A stretch of 64,000 nt of DNA, taken from NCBI GenBank assembly GCA_048883405.1, contig JBHLQS010000001.1:11257-75256 (forward strand), read 5' to 3'. The notes under the pieces were generated by a model, which worked only from the letters and a program-made list of their open reading frames with translations, did no database searches and was not told the DNA's origin. Below, piece by piece: positions 37,527 through 46,834 of the stretch. How positions within the stretch are numbered: the stretch's first letter is position 1; each line of letters opens with the position of its first letter. Position numbers and translations under genes: made by a program. This stretch comes from Candidatus Thorarchaeota archaeon (lineage in GTDB: Archaea > Asgardarchaeota > Thorarchaeia > Thorarchaeales > Thorarchaeaceae).

Positions 37527-37640
37527 TCGCTCAGCTCCGGACCTAAAAGATGGTCCAATTTAGAATCTCGGAGGTTACTATATAACCACCACACAGACTA
37601 TGTTTTCATGGAGTGAGCTTATGTGAAGCATAGCCCATAT

Positions 37641-38936
37641 TCACATGTGAATTAATGCGGCGTCTGGGACCTCTTGAAAGACTTCACGGGCGGCTTTCCC
37701 GACTTCTCTGCGATTGCGGTCAAATGTATACACACGGATAACATCGAGGTACACCTTCATCATCTCTGCAATGTTTGAGTAGTCTGAGAGATTATGAGAC
37801 ACCTTCTTGCTGTCAATCATCTCAAAGATTCGTATCTCCATGGGATTGAGCTGATGTGGATTATAGGGAACTGATGGGAGAGTAGGTACATCTACAATCA
37901 CTTCATCAGCTGGTACACCTGCTAATGCTGCAATCTCATCCTGAATGCTCTCTCTAACTCTGCGTTTCGTAAGGATTTTGGAAACGAAGCGATCTTCGGT
38001 ATGCAGGACTTTTTCAAAGACTGACTTATACAGAACACGCGAATCCAACATGTTTACCATTTTGACCGCCTCTTTGGCATCGTCAGACTCGGTGGGGTCA
38101 ATCTTTCTGATTCTTGATATCAATGACATATCATCCAGTTTTAGAAACTCCTCAGGGGTTGAAAAGCTTGTCAAACCCAAAACACTGTCTGCAGCATTCA
38201 TGAGCTTGACCAACATTACCTCAACACTGCGAACTGTTTTGTGATAGTAGACATTGAGAAACATCTCATACCGTGCAACAAGGAATGCTTCCAGAGCGCC
38301 TCTGGCTGCAATATCGAACTCTAGTATCAAATCATCAGAAACTTCAAGACTGTTGATGAGTCGATGGATGTCAACAAGACCATAGTTGACCCCGCAATAG
38401 AATGAGTCTCTAATTAGATAGTCCATCTTATCAGCATCGACTTGACCTGCAACGATCGAACTAACAACAGAGTCAGTCTTGGTCTCACGTCTTCCGCGAA
38501 CCAGGTTGGCTATTCGGTTCTTGGACATTCCACCATCCTCAAGCAGGTCTCCAACCTCACTTTCGCGGATGATCCACTCAGTCACGTCTTCGTGGTTCCA
38601 TCCCTTTCGTTCAATTAGTGACTCTTCGAATACATGGCTGAATGGGCCATGACCTATGTCATGTAGAAGGCCTGAGATACGTACTTCTTGAAGGGTCTTC
38701 TCACCAAGATTCATTGGCCCGAGTAGTCTCCTTCCTGTCAGACCTGCTAGATACATTGCACCAATGCAATGACCGAAACGAGTATGTTCAGCTGCAGGGT
38801 ATACGAAATGACCGCCAGAAAGCTGTTTTATCCGTCTGAGTCGTTGATAGGGCGCTGAGTTAATAACCTTGGACTCAAGTTCTGTGAGCCCGATGAAACC
38901 ATGGATAGGATCGTTCAGCTCCATAATGAAATCCAT
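37641..38936 (-). CDS. HD-domain phosphohydrolase (dNTP triphosphohydrolase-like)
   Basis: HD motif HTRFGHCIG...LLHDIGHGPFSH; length about 430 aa. Confidence 0.7.
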   Translation of the reverse strand: MDFIMELNDPIHGFIGLTELESKVINSAPYQRLRRIKQLSGGHFVYPAAEHTRFGHCIGAMYLAGLTGRRLLGPMNLGEKTLQEVRISGLLHDIGHGPFSHVFEESLIERKGWNHEDVTEWIIRESEVGDLLEDGGMSKNRIANLVRGRRETKTDSVVSSIVAGQVDADKMDYLIRDSFYCGVNYGLVDIHRLINSLEVSDDLILEFDIAARGALEAFLVARYEMFLNVYYHKTVRSVEVMLVKLMNAADSVLGLTSFSTPEEFLKLDDMSLISRIRKIDPTESDDAKEAVKMVNMLDSRVLYKSVFEKVLHTEDRFVSKILTKRRVRESIQDEIAALAGVPADEVIVDVPTLPSVPYNPHQLNPMEIRIFEMIDSKKVSHNLSDYSNIAEMMKVYLDVIRVYTFDRNRREVGKAAREVFQEVPDAALIHM

Positions 38937-38953
38937 TGGAATCCCTCAAGGAT

Positions 38954-39796
38954 CTACATCTGTGGGTTGAATGACCTCAGCTCTCGAACTAATTCGTCAG
39001 TAGCCAGGTCTGACACGCAAAGAGGTAGATGAATACTGTCCGCAATTTTGACAGCAAGTGGATCAAGCTCCTTAACTCCTTGTAATATCACAGCAGCTGG
39101 CTTCACAGCAGCAGAGGTACCTATCTGACTCGCCTTTATTGCAACCATGGGAGAACGTCCAGTAGAAACATTCGTGAGAATTGCCGCTCTTTGAGTGGTC
39201 CCTCCATAGAGCCGAAGAAGCTGCTGTGGAGTTAAACTGACAATGGCCTTCACACTATCTAGCGCTGTGTAACCGTAGATATCACGATCTAACAGGTTGC
39301 CATGTGTGAGGATTTTGCATTCAAGACGATTAACTAGTAGACGTGCTGGCACAGGCAACCCAAATTCCCTACTGTCAAGTATGGCATCAGATGCTATTTC
39401 TGGAGCTAGGAGTTTCTCAAGTGCCATTGCAACTCTTCCACCATTAACAGCATCCATCTCGATTAGGCCTTCAACAAATCGTCTTATGGTTTCAACTCGA
39501 GGTGACTTTCTTCGTCCGCTTTCATAATCGCTGATTACAGAGGGCGATACGCCAAGATGCTTTGCCAAGTGTTTCTGCGAGATTTGAAAACGCTCACGCC
39601 AACGTTTCATTACAGCTCCAGGATCGTTTTCAGCGAGGCATATCTCTCCCGCCATGGCTTCAGCCAGCCTATGCAATGCCTCACTTCCTTCCATACCAAC
39701 ACTCCAAAGGACCTTTTCTGATAAAGATTTGCGAAGTGATATGTTGCCACTGAACCTATACGACACCGAAGGACTCAAAGAGAGCTCGTTGCTCAA
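38954..39796 (-). CDS. XRE-type HTH transcriptional regulator (COG1395-like)
   Basis: HTH QISQKHLAKHLGVSPSVISDYESGRRKSP. Confidence 0.5.
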   Translation of the reverse strand: MSNELSLSPSVSYRFSGNISLRKSLSEKVLWSVGMEGSEALHRLAEAMAGEICLAENDPGAVMKRWRERFQISQKHLAKHLGVSPSVISDYESGRRKSPRVETIRRFVEGLIEMDAVNGGRVAMALEKLLAPEIASDAILDSREFGLPVPARLLVNRLECKILTHGNLLDRDIYGYTALDSVKAIVSLTPQQLLRLYGGTTQRAAILTNVSTGRSPMVAIKASQIGTSAAVKPAAVILQGVKELDPLAVKIADSIHLPLCVSDLATDELVRELRSFNPQM

Positions 39797-39802
39797 AGCA
39801 AT

Positions 39803-40579
39803 TTGGTTGAAGTCATGTTCTTCACATTCCTAGTTGGTACTGCAGGATCAGGTAAATCACTTCTTACATCATCTCTTGAAAAATGGCTGGTGGAGGCCGA
39901 AACAAGTGTCACTGTTGTGAATCTTGATCCTGGAGTAGATGACCCACCTTACACAAGTGATGTAGATATCCGCGAGTATGTGAACTATGGCGAAGTGATG
40001 CAGCAGTTTGGTCTGGGTCCAAATGGTGCTCTTGTTGCTTCCCTAGACATGGCTATAAGTCACGTAGGTGATTTACGAGAAGAGATATTCGAACTTGAAC
40101 GCGATTATGTCTTGGTTGACTGTCCTGGACAAATGGAGCTTTTTGCCTATCGAAACTCTGGACCTCTAATGGTTTCAAGCCTTATGAGCCAAGATCCAGC
40201 TGTTTCACTCTATCTGCTTGATTCGAATATTGCTCGCACGCCAGTTGGATATCTATCTTCCATGCTTCTTGGCATCTCGATAAGCATTCGTTTTGGCCTC
40301 CCTCAAATTGGGGTTCTAAGTAAATCTGATATCCTTATGGAAGAGCAAATAGAAGAAATACTATCATGGTCATCTGACACCTACCTGCTGGAAGAGGCGC
40401 TCGAAGACAGTTCCACTGGTCTTGTCCGAGAATACTCCAGTGCAATTCTTCGTATGCTTGATGACATCGGCGGAGGCAGTTCTGTTGTGCCTGTATCTGC
40501 AAAGCTCATGGATGGAGTGGAAATCCTATATGGAGAACTCCAACGCGAATTCCTTGGCGGGGACAATCTGGTAGTCTGA
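39803..40579 (+). CDS. GPN-loop GTPase
   Basis: Walker A GTAGSGKS, GPN motif GLGPNGAL, DCPGQ. Confidence 0.8.
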   Translation: MVEVMFFTFLVGTAGSGKSLLTSSLEKWLVEAETSVTVVNLDPGVDDPPYTSDVDIREYVNYGEVMQQFGLGPNGALVASLDMAISHVGDLREEIFELERDYVLVDCPGQMELFAYRNSGPLMVSSLMSQDPAVSLYLLDSNIARTPVGYLSSMLLGISISIRFGLPQIGVLSKSDILMEEQIEEILSWSSDTYLLEEALEDSSTGLVREYSSAILRMLDDIGGGSSVVPVSAKLMDGVEILYGELQREFLGGDNLVV

Positions 40580-40592
40580 GCAGGGGTTCAAA

Positions 40593-41624
40593 TTGCGGAC
40601 ATTCTTTGTGATCATATCGGGCGAGGATTTCAACCTCGCCAAGGCTGAGATTGATTCATTGATTGAATTAGCGGGAGCTGATGCCAAGGTTATATGGTTT
40701 GGACAGCTAGCTCAGATTGAGTCAACCTACGACCTCACTGATTTTCTACTTGAAAGGGCTGCCATGGTAAAAGAAGCTGGCGTTATAATTGGTCAGGGGC
40801 CATTGTCGGATGCATCCCTAGAATGGCTTTCAGATGATGTTCTGGTGACATGTGTGAAACCAACAGGAACATTCTCAATTAGAACTAAGTCTCTTGCGGA
40901 AGAAAGACATGTGAAACAAAGAGAGAGATTGAGTGAGTCGCTAGGTGCACGCATCAGAGATCTGACCAACGCAAGAGTATCATTAGACAACCCAGATGTC
41001 AGAATACTTGTCATAATAGCTCGCAATAGGACACTGGTGTGCGTTTCCAAAGAGTCGAAGCTGAGACGGGAGCTAAGACTCAGAGAACCAGGAAAGAAGC
41101 TCTTCTTCCATCCATCAATGATGAATTCCCAGTTGGCAAGAGTAATCTGCAATCTTGCCGGTGTAAAGCCAAAAGTGACCGTACTCGATCCGTTCTGCGG
41201 AGGTGGAGGCATCTTATGCGAAGCAACCATCCTAGGTGCAAGGGTGCTAGGATGGGACCTTAACTGGCGTCTAATCATGGGTGCGATGAAGAATCTTACA
41301 GAATTATCGGAAAAAGAATCATCTGTAATCCAAGCTGATTCGCGTTGGCCGCCCTTACAGCCAAAGAAAGTAGACTGTATAGCTACAGATCCCCCATACG
41401 GTCGGGCCAGTTCCACTAGAGGTGCAAAGGCGAGAAGACTAGCTCAATCCTTCTTGGAACAAACGCCCGGGATTCTCAAGGATGGGGGACGTCTATGCAT
41501 CTGTGGAAGCCAAGAACTAGAAATCAAAGAAATGATGCAAGATCTGGGATTTGCTATCAAATATCATGTTCTTGTACCTGTGCATAGTGGTCTCATACGT
41601 GAAGTCACAGCAGCACAGTTCTAA
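40593..41624 (+). CDS. THUMP-domain tRNA guanine-N2 methyltransferase (Trm11/Trm-G10 or Trm14 family)
   Basis: N-terminal THUMP-like region; SAM motif LDPFCGGGG and catalytic DPPYG. Confidence 0.65.
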   Translation: MRTFFVIISGEDFNLAKAEIDSLIELAGADAKVIWFGQLAQIESTYDLTDFLLERAAMVKEAGVIIGQGPLSDASLEWLSDDVLVTCVKPTGTFSIRTKSLAEERHVKQRERLSESLGARIRDLTNARVSLDNPDVRILVIIARNRTLVCVSKESKLRRELRLREPGKKLFFHPSMMNSQLARVICNLAGVKPKVTVLDPFCGGGGILCEATILGARVLGWDLNWRLIMGAMKNLTELSEKESSVIQADSRWPPLQPKKVDCIATDPPYGRASSTRGAKARRLAQSFLEQTPGILKDGGRLCICGSQELEIKEMMQDLGFAIKYHVLVPVHSGLIREVTAAQF

Positions 41625-42040
41625 CTGGTAACAACCCTTCCATCCTCAGTAGGGGGTACAAACCATGCAAGAAACTCATCAAAGGTAGCCTCATCCTCAA
41701 ACATAATCTCTAGTTCTATGCATCCTAAGGGAGGATCTTCTTCAGTTTCATCAACAAGCCTCAGCTTTCCGTAATATGCAGCCTGCTTATCAAAGAAGAC
41801 AGATGTCTTGGTCCCATCCCAGTTCGACAAGACTCTCTTCCGTACTGCATCAATAATCCTGAGAGCATGAATGTACTGTTGCATGAGATCAAGCGAGCTT
41901 CTCTCATTTGACATCAACATCATGTAACCATTCTCGGTTTCTTTGCATGAGCTATCCGAAACAAAGAGATTGGTGAGGGCAGAACAGACTCGAGCCGTAT
42001 CCTCTGTAGGATGAACAGGACATCTTACAATAGCATCCAT
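41621..42040 (-). CDS. UPF0201-family predicted RNA-binding protein
   Basis: About 139 aa, N-terminus MDAIVRCPVHPTEDTARVCSALTNLF typical of this archaeal family; adjacent to the UPF0200 kinase-like gene as in many archaea. Confidence 0.45.
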   Translation of the reverse strand: MDAIVRCPVHPTEDTARVCSALTNLFVSDSSCKETENGYMMLMSNERSSLDLMQQYIHALRIIDAVRKRVLSNWDGTKTSVFFDKQAAYYGKLRLVDETEEDPPLGCIELEIMFEDEATFDEFLAWFVPPTEDGRVVTS

Positions 42041-42580
42041 CTAGGTGAGCCTCTGAACAAGATTGTTAGATTCAGTCCTTAGCTCTTCTAAGGTCCCTTC
42101 ATTCACCACCACAATGTCACTAAGCGCGATTACCGCTCCTAGACCAACCGATACTTCACGGAGGTCACGTTCTCTGAAAGTAGCCCAGTCCTGAGGGTCA
42201 TCCTTTCTACCACGTTTCTGCAGACGTGAAAAGCGCGTTTGTGGAGACGCATGTACACAGACTATGCATACTTCTTCCGCATAGTCATCGAACACATCAA
42301 CCTCAGCAAGACTTCTGCAACCCTCTATCACTACTACTTTCGAGTCTGAGCTTCTCAGACTGTTCAGACAGTGTTTGGCCACAGCACCTGGACCATCTTG
42401 CTCGCGAAGCTCCAACATGACAAGCTTGTTGTTCTTAGGATTTACATCCATTCCACGACGTTCCACTTCTTTGCGAATAACATCACCCATGACAATGATT
42501 GGAAATCCAGCATTTTGAAACGCATCTGCAACTTCGCTCTTGCCGGATCCGGGCATCCCAGTTAGTATTACGAGCTTCAT
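42041..42580 (-). CDS. UPF0200 / dephospho-CoA-kinase-like P-loop nucleotide kinase. Start at MKLVILTG behind AAGGGAG.
   Basis: P-loop ILTGMPGSGKSE. SD AAGGGAG lies 8 nt upstream of ATG 42580. Confidence 0.55.
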   Translation of the reverse strand: MKLVILTGMPGSGKSEVADAFQNAGFPIIVMGDVIRKEVERRGMDVNPKNNKLVMLELREQDGPGAVAKHCLNSLRSSDSKVVVIEGCRSLAEVDVFDDYAEEVCIVCVHASPQTRFSRLQKRGRKDDPQDWATFRERDLREVSVGLGAVIALSDIVVVNEGTLEELRTESNNLVQRLT

Positions 42581-42684
42581 GGTCAGGCTCCCTTGGAAGC
42601 GAACTGGCACTCCACTTTACCCTTGCGGTCGTCAGTCTAATATGACACTATGTTTCCTAAATTGATAGAACAAGGTGAGTCCAT

Positions 42685-43248
42685 ATGTCAGAAATGAGTC
42701 GGGTGTTTCTCAGTATTGACATCGATGATGAAGCGCTTCTCTCAAGAATTGCTCACATTCAATCATTGCTAGACAGGCAATCAGCAAAAATGAAGTTGGT
42801 CGAAAGAGAGAATATCCATTTCACATTGAGATTCCTTGGGGATACTCCACATACGAAGATTGAGAGAATCAGGGATGAGCTGTCAGATATCGGATATGGA
42901 TCCTTTACAATCCGGATTGATGGCGTGGGCGCATTTCCAAGCACTAGCCGCCCCAGAGTCATATGGGTGGGGGTATCTGACAATGCAGGAAGAGTAAAAG
43001 ACCTGAAGCTAGAAATTGATGACCGGCTTGGTGATTTAGGCTATTCACATGACAGGAAGTTCCATGCTCATGCAACAATTGCACGGGTCAGGGCTGTACG
43101 TGATCGTGGCCGAATAAGGGAAAGCATCGAACATCTCGCAAATGAGTCAGTAGGATCTATGACTGTTGATTGTTTCAGAATGACAAAAAGCACTCTGACT
43201 TCCTCAGGACCAATCTATGAAACTCTATGGGAAGTACGGGCTTCCTGA
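42685..43248 (+). CDS. thpR: RNA 2',3'-cyclic phosphodiesterase (ThpR/LigT, 2H family)
   Basis: Two H-x-T/S-x motifs: HFTLRFLG and HATIARV. Confidence 0.75.
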   Translation: MSEMSRVFLSIDIDDEALLSRIAHIQSLLDRQSAKMKLVERENIHFTLRFLGDTPHTKIERIRDELSDIGYGSFTIRIDGVGAFPSTSRPRVIWVGVSDNAGRVKDLKLEIDDRLGDLGYSHDRKFHAHATIARVRAVRDRGRIRESIEHLANESVGSMTVDCFRMTKSTLTSSGPIYETLWEVRAS

Positions 43249-43251
43249 AAA

Positions 43252-43360
43252 TGGTGGGCCGGGGGCGACTCGAACGCCCGATCTCTTGCATTCTGTGACT
43301 TGAGGCCCTAGGTCCTTAGTCGCCCCAAGCAAGAATCATACCAAGCTAGACTACCGACCC
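43252..43360 (-). tRNA. tRNA-Pro (anticodon GGG) with a 32-nt intron at the canonical 37/38 position; CCA encoded
   Basis: Reverse complement: GGGTCGG-TA-GTCT-AGCTTGGTA-TGAT-T-CTTGC-TTGGGG[intron about 43291-43322]T-GCAAG-AGATC-GGGCG-TTCGAGT-CGCCC-CCGGCCC-A-CCA. Confidence 0.7.
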
Positions 43361-43505
43361 TTGCAGTTGTTGTCGTAAACCGAGGTCAAGATAAACATTA
43401 TTGCAAAGTATATTGGAACACGTGTTCTAACACACTCTAATACATTAGGTCTGAGGTCTACACTTATCTACGGGAATTGCATCAAAGAGAGTCTGGGATG
43501 CGATA

Positions 43506-44561
43506 ATGGTCACAGATTTGCTCTATCATGATGTGTTCACAAAGCATGTAATATCACCGGATCACCCGGAAAGGCCCGAGAGATTGATTTCTGCCATGAA
43601 GCATATCAAAGAAACCGGTGTTCTCGAGGAATCCAAGGTCAGAATCGTAGAAGCCATGCCAGCTGATTTGGAATTGGTCTATTCCATTCATGATAGACAG
43701 TACATCGAATTGATCAGGACTAAGTCCGAGAGGGGCGGTGGATATTTCACATTGGATACAGCTGTCAATGAATACACCTATGATGCTGCCATGATGGCTG
43801 CTGGTGCAGGAACATTAGCTATGGACAGAATCATGCAAGGTGAATCTGACAATGCCTACGTATTGTGCCGCCCACCAGGACATCATGCAGAATATGATAG
43901 AGCCTTCGGGTTCTGTTTCATCAACAATGTGGCGGTCGCAGCAAGACGTCTCCTTCAACAACATGGAATCCAGAGAGTGCTAATTGTTGATTATGATGCT
44001 CACCATGGAAATGGGACTCAGAAGACGTTTTACAATAGTAATCAGGTGCTTTACATAGGGCTCCATCAAGATGGGCGAACACTCTTCCCTGGATCGGGAT
44101 TTCCGGATGAAATCGGTTCGGGGGAAGGAAAAGGATACAACGTGAATCTTGCGATGTACCCAGGAGCTGGCGACAAGTCCTATGACATCGCATTTACCGA
44201 AATTGTGGAAAAGATTGGTGAGTCATACAGACCTGAGTTTGTGCTCGTTTCATGTGGGTTTGATGGGCATTTCAGTGATCCATTGACTGTCTTAGGTCTG
44301 ACCACCTCAGGAATGGCAATGATGAACTCTCGACTAAACTCAATGGCAAAGAAGATTTGTGGAGGAAGAATCGCATTCTTCCTCGAGGGGGGCTATGATC
44401 TCGATATAGTAGGGAAATGCTCGCGCAATATAATCGAGGAGCTAAGTGATTCTGAAGTTACGGCTTATGCAGACGAACATTCAGAGAGCGAAAATTGTAC
44501 AAAGTATACAGAAGAGCTTGTTGAAAGACTGAAAAAGAACTTGAGTGGTATTCACTTTTAG
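43506..44561 (+). CDS. Histone deacetylase-family protein (AcuC/acetylpolyamine amidohydrolase-like)
   Basis: HDAC motifs PPGHHA, DYDAHHGNGTQ, GGGY. Confidence 0.8.
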   Translation: MVTDLLYHDVFTKHVISPDHPERPERLISAMKHIKETGVLEESKVRIVEAMPADLELVYSIHDRQYIELIRTKSERGGGYFTLDTAVNEYTYDAAMMAAGAGTLAMDRIMQGESDNAYVLCRPPGHHAEYDRAFGFCFINNVAVAARRLLQQHGIQRVLIVDYDAHHGNGTQKTFYNSNQVLYIGLHQDGRTLFPGSGFPDEIGSGEGKGYNVNLAMYPGAGDKSYDIAFTEIVEKIGESYRPEFVLVSCGFDGHFSDPLTVLGLTTSGMAMMNSRLNSMAKKICGGRIAFFLEGGYDLDIVGKCSRNIIEELSDSEVTAYADEHSESENCTKYTEELVERLKKNLSGIHF

Positions 44562-46816
44562 TCATTCTCAATCTCAAAGTCTTCAATTAGAGTCTGAATT
44601 GAGAAGGGGTCCTGGTCATCATCAGCAGACTCGATAAGAGAGGTTGTTTCGTCCTCTGTCATCGGCATATCCACCCCGAGCTGTCGCTTTATTGATTTGG
44701 CCAATGAAGTGCCAATGGTCGGTATACGGGAGATTTTCTCAAACGATGCATTATACAAATCGGACGGATTCTTCAATCCATTTGCATATAGCATCCTTCC
44801 TCTTATGCGACCTATCCCTCTCAGTCTTACAATATCCAGCAGTTCTCTGTGCACCCCGTATTTCAAACGTGCCCGAAGATTGTAAAAGAATGGAATATGT
44901 TGTGCGGCATTGACTACTTTAGCAATCTCTGATGCTGAGTAGGCCAACCATTCTGCTGTCTGGACGTACCTGTGAACATCCCCCATACCTACATTGAATC
45001 CTTCAGTGATTTCACGCTCCGAACTCTCAGAGATCCATTCTTCCAGTAGTCGTGCGGTCTTCACTTCTGCAAGAAACTCTCCGTAGTCATCAAAATCATC
45101 TATTGGGGGTTGAATCATGAAATCATCCTTGTTTCTTTCAACAAAGTAATCGTACTCATCGAAGTCCGATTTGGTAAGAAAGGTAGTCTGCTGGTCTGGA
45201 GTATGGCATATGAGATGTAGTGCACCGATAAGTGAAACCTCTTCGGCTGCAGTCAGTGCATCACGGAGTAATATGGCGGTGTAGGGATCGATGTATAGTC
45301 TGGACGCCCTCTTGCCCAATGGGGTTGCAGAGTATAATCCAGATTCGTTGTCAATCAATTGACCCTCTTCAAGGAATATCAGAGCAGACGAAACATGATG
45401 CTGAATCTCTAACGGATCAAACTGGCAAGAGAAGAACGTTCCCTTGATCAATGAGTCAACTTCCTCCCTATTTCGTGTCATCTCTGTAGCAATGGTCGAA
45501 AGCAGATGGGAACGAAGAGCAGAAGGAGATGCAAGCTTGGATGTGATTCTCTCTGGTTCTGCTAATACATACTCGTCCATTAGTGCATCACGTTCTTGCT
45601 CGGATTTGGCAATGAGTATTGCCTCTCCATACCTGTCATATTTTGGACGGCCAGCTCTTCCGGCCATCTGTTTATACTCGAGGACTGGAATAGTATAACT
45701 TCCTCGCCCTTGTTCAAAGCGGCGATAATCACGGATGACGACTCGTCTAGCTGGAAGATTCACACCGGCGGCTAAAGTAGGAGTTGCTATTACAGCCTTT
45801 AGCAAATCGTCCTTGAAGAAGTCTTCAACCAGTGTACGTTCATTATTATCAAGTCCAGCATGGTGAAATGCCACTCCTGAAACAATGACTCTTCCCAGAG
45901 TTTTTGTTGCTTCTGGAGCTGAGGGTCTTGCAGACAGCTTCTTAGCTGCTCTCACTAGATGCTTATGTGCATCTGTATTGACATAGGGACGTACAGATGA
46001 TGCAAGTCTCTTGGCTACTGCAACAGTTGACCTTCTACTTGATACAAACACGAGAGCCTGACCCTTCTCATCCAAGATATCGCAGACCACGTCACCGATT
46101 ATCTCCGACCGCTTTCGGGCGATAGACTTTGTTTCACCTTCAAGAATGAATGCAATTTTATTGTCAAAGTAGACGCCTTCTTTCAATGGCACCGGTCTCC
46201 ACGAACTTGTGACAAGATCTGCACTCAGCCACTCTGCGATTCTCTCAGAATTTGAAATGGTGGCACTCAATGCTAAAATCTGCACATCTGGAAGACTCTG
46301 CATTATCTTGGCAATGACCATTTCCAGTGTAGGACCCCTTTTTGGGTCATTTACTAGATGAACCTCATCTACCACCATGATTCCTACTTCTTCAAGCCAC
46401 TGTGTTCTATGACGTACTAATGAGTCAGCTCTCTCTGTTGTCAATACAACTATGTCTGCCTCTCTGAGACGGGTACCCGGAGAGTCATAGTCCCCTATCG
46501 ACATTGCAACTGTGATTCCTAGTGATTCGTATTTCTTGAATTCTGAGTACTTCTCTCTTGCAAGGGACCGCAGTGGAACGAGATACAATGCTTTGCCGCG
46601 TCCATCTAGAATGCACTTCAGCATGGAGATCTCTGCCACTAGCGTCTTGCCAGAACTTGTGGGAACTGCCAGAACGAGATTGTTGCCATCTAGCACTCCC
46701 GTTTCAAAAGCAGATATCTGAGGGGGAAAGAGTGTGAGTATACCAGTATCCTGAAGCAATTTGATGACCTTCTTATTGATAGATAGGTTCTCAAGTTGCG
46801 TTGTGGTCATCTCCAT
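44558..46816 (-). CDS. hel308: Hel308/Hjm Ski2-like DNA helicase
   Basis: Motif I AVPTSSGKT, motif II DEVH, about 750 aa with C-terminal HhH/WH region. Confidence 0.85.
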   Translation of the reverse strand: MEMTTTQLENLSINKKVIKLLQDTGILTLFPPQISAFETGVLDGNNLVLAVPTSSGKTLVAEISMLKCILDGRGKALYLVPLRSLAREKYSEFKKYESLGITVAMSIGDYDSPGTRLREADIVVLTTERADSLVRHRTQWLEEVGIMVVDEVHLVNDPKRGPTLEMVIAKIMQSLPDVQILALSATISNSERIAEWLSADLVTSSWRPVPLKEGVYFDNKIAFILEGETKSIARKRSEIIGDVVCDILDEKGQALVFVSSRRSTVAVAKRLASSVRPYVNTDAHKHLVRAAKKLSARPSAPEATKTLGRVIVSGVAFHHAGLDNNERTLVEDFFKDDLLKAVIATPTLAAGVNLPARRVVIRDYRRFEQGRGSYTIPVLEYKQMAGRAGRPKYDRYGEAILIAKSEQERDALMDEYVLAEPERITSKLASPSALRSHLLSTIATEMTRNREEVDSLIKGTFFSCQFDPLEIQHHVSSALIFLEEGQLIDNESGLYSATPLGKRASRLYIDPYTAILLRDALTAAEEVSLIGALHLICHTPDQQTTFLTKSDFDEYDYFVERNKDDFMIQPPIDDFDDYGEFLAEVKTARLLEEWISESSEREITEGFNVGMGDVHRYVQTAEWLAYSASEIAKVVNAAQHIPFFYNLRARLKYGVHRELLDIVRLRGIGRIRGRMLYANGLKNPSDLYNASFEKISRIPTIGTSLAKSIKRQLGVDMPMTEDETTSLIESADDDQDPFSIQTLIEDFEIEND

Positions 46817-46834
46817 TGCAAAGGCGGACTCGCC

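Noticed and set aside
40793-41416. 207-aa minus-strand ORF
   Set aside because: It is antisense to the THUMP methyltransferase gene, which has clear SAM/DPPYG motifs; no motifs on the antisense product.
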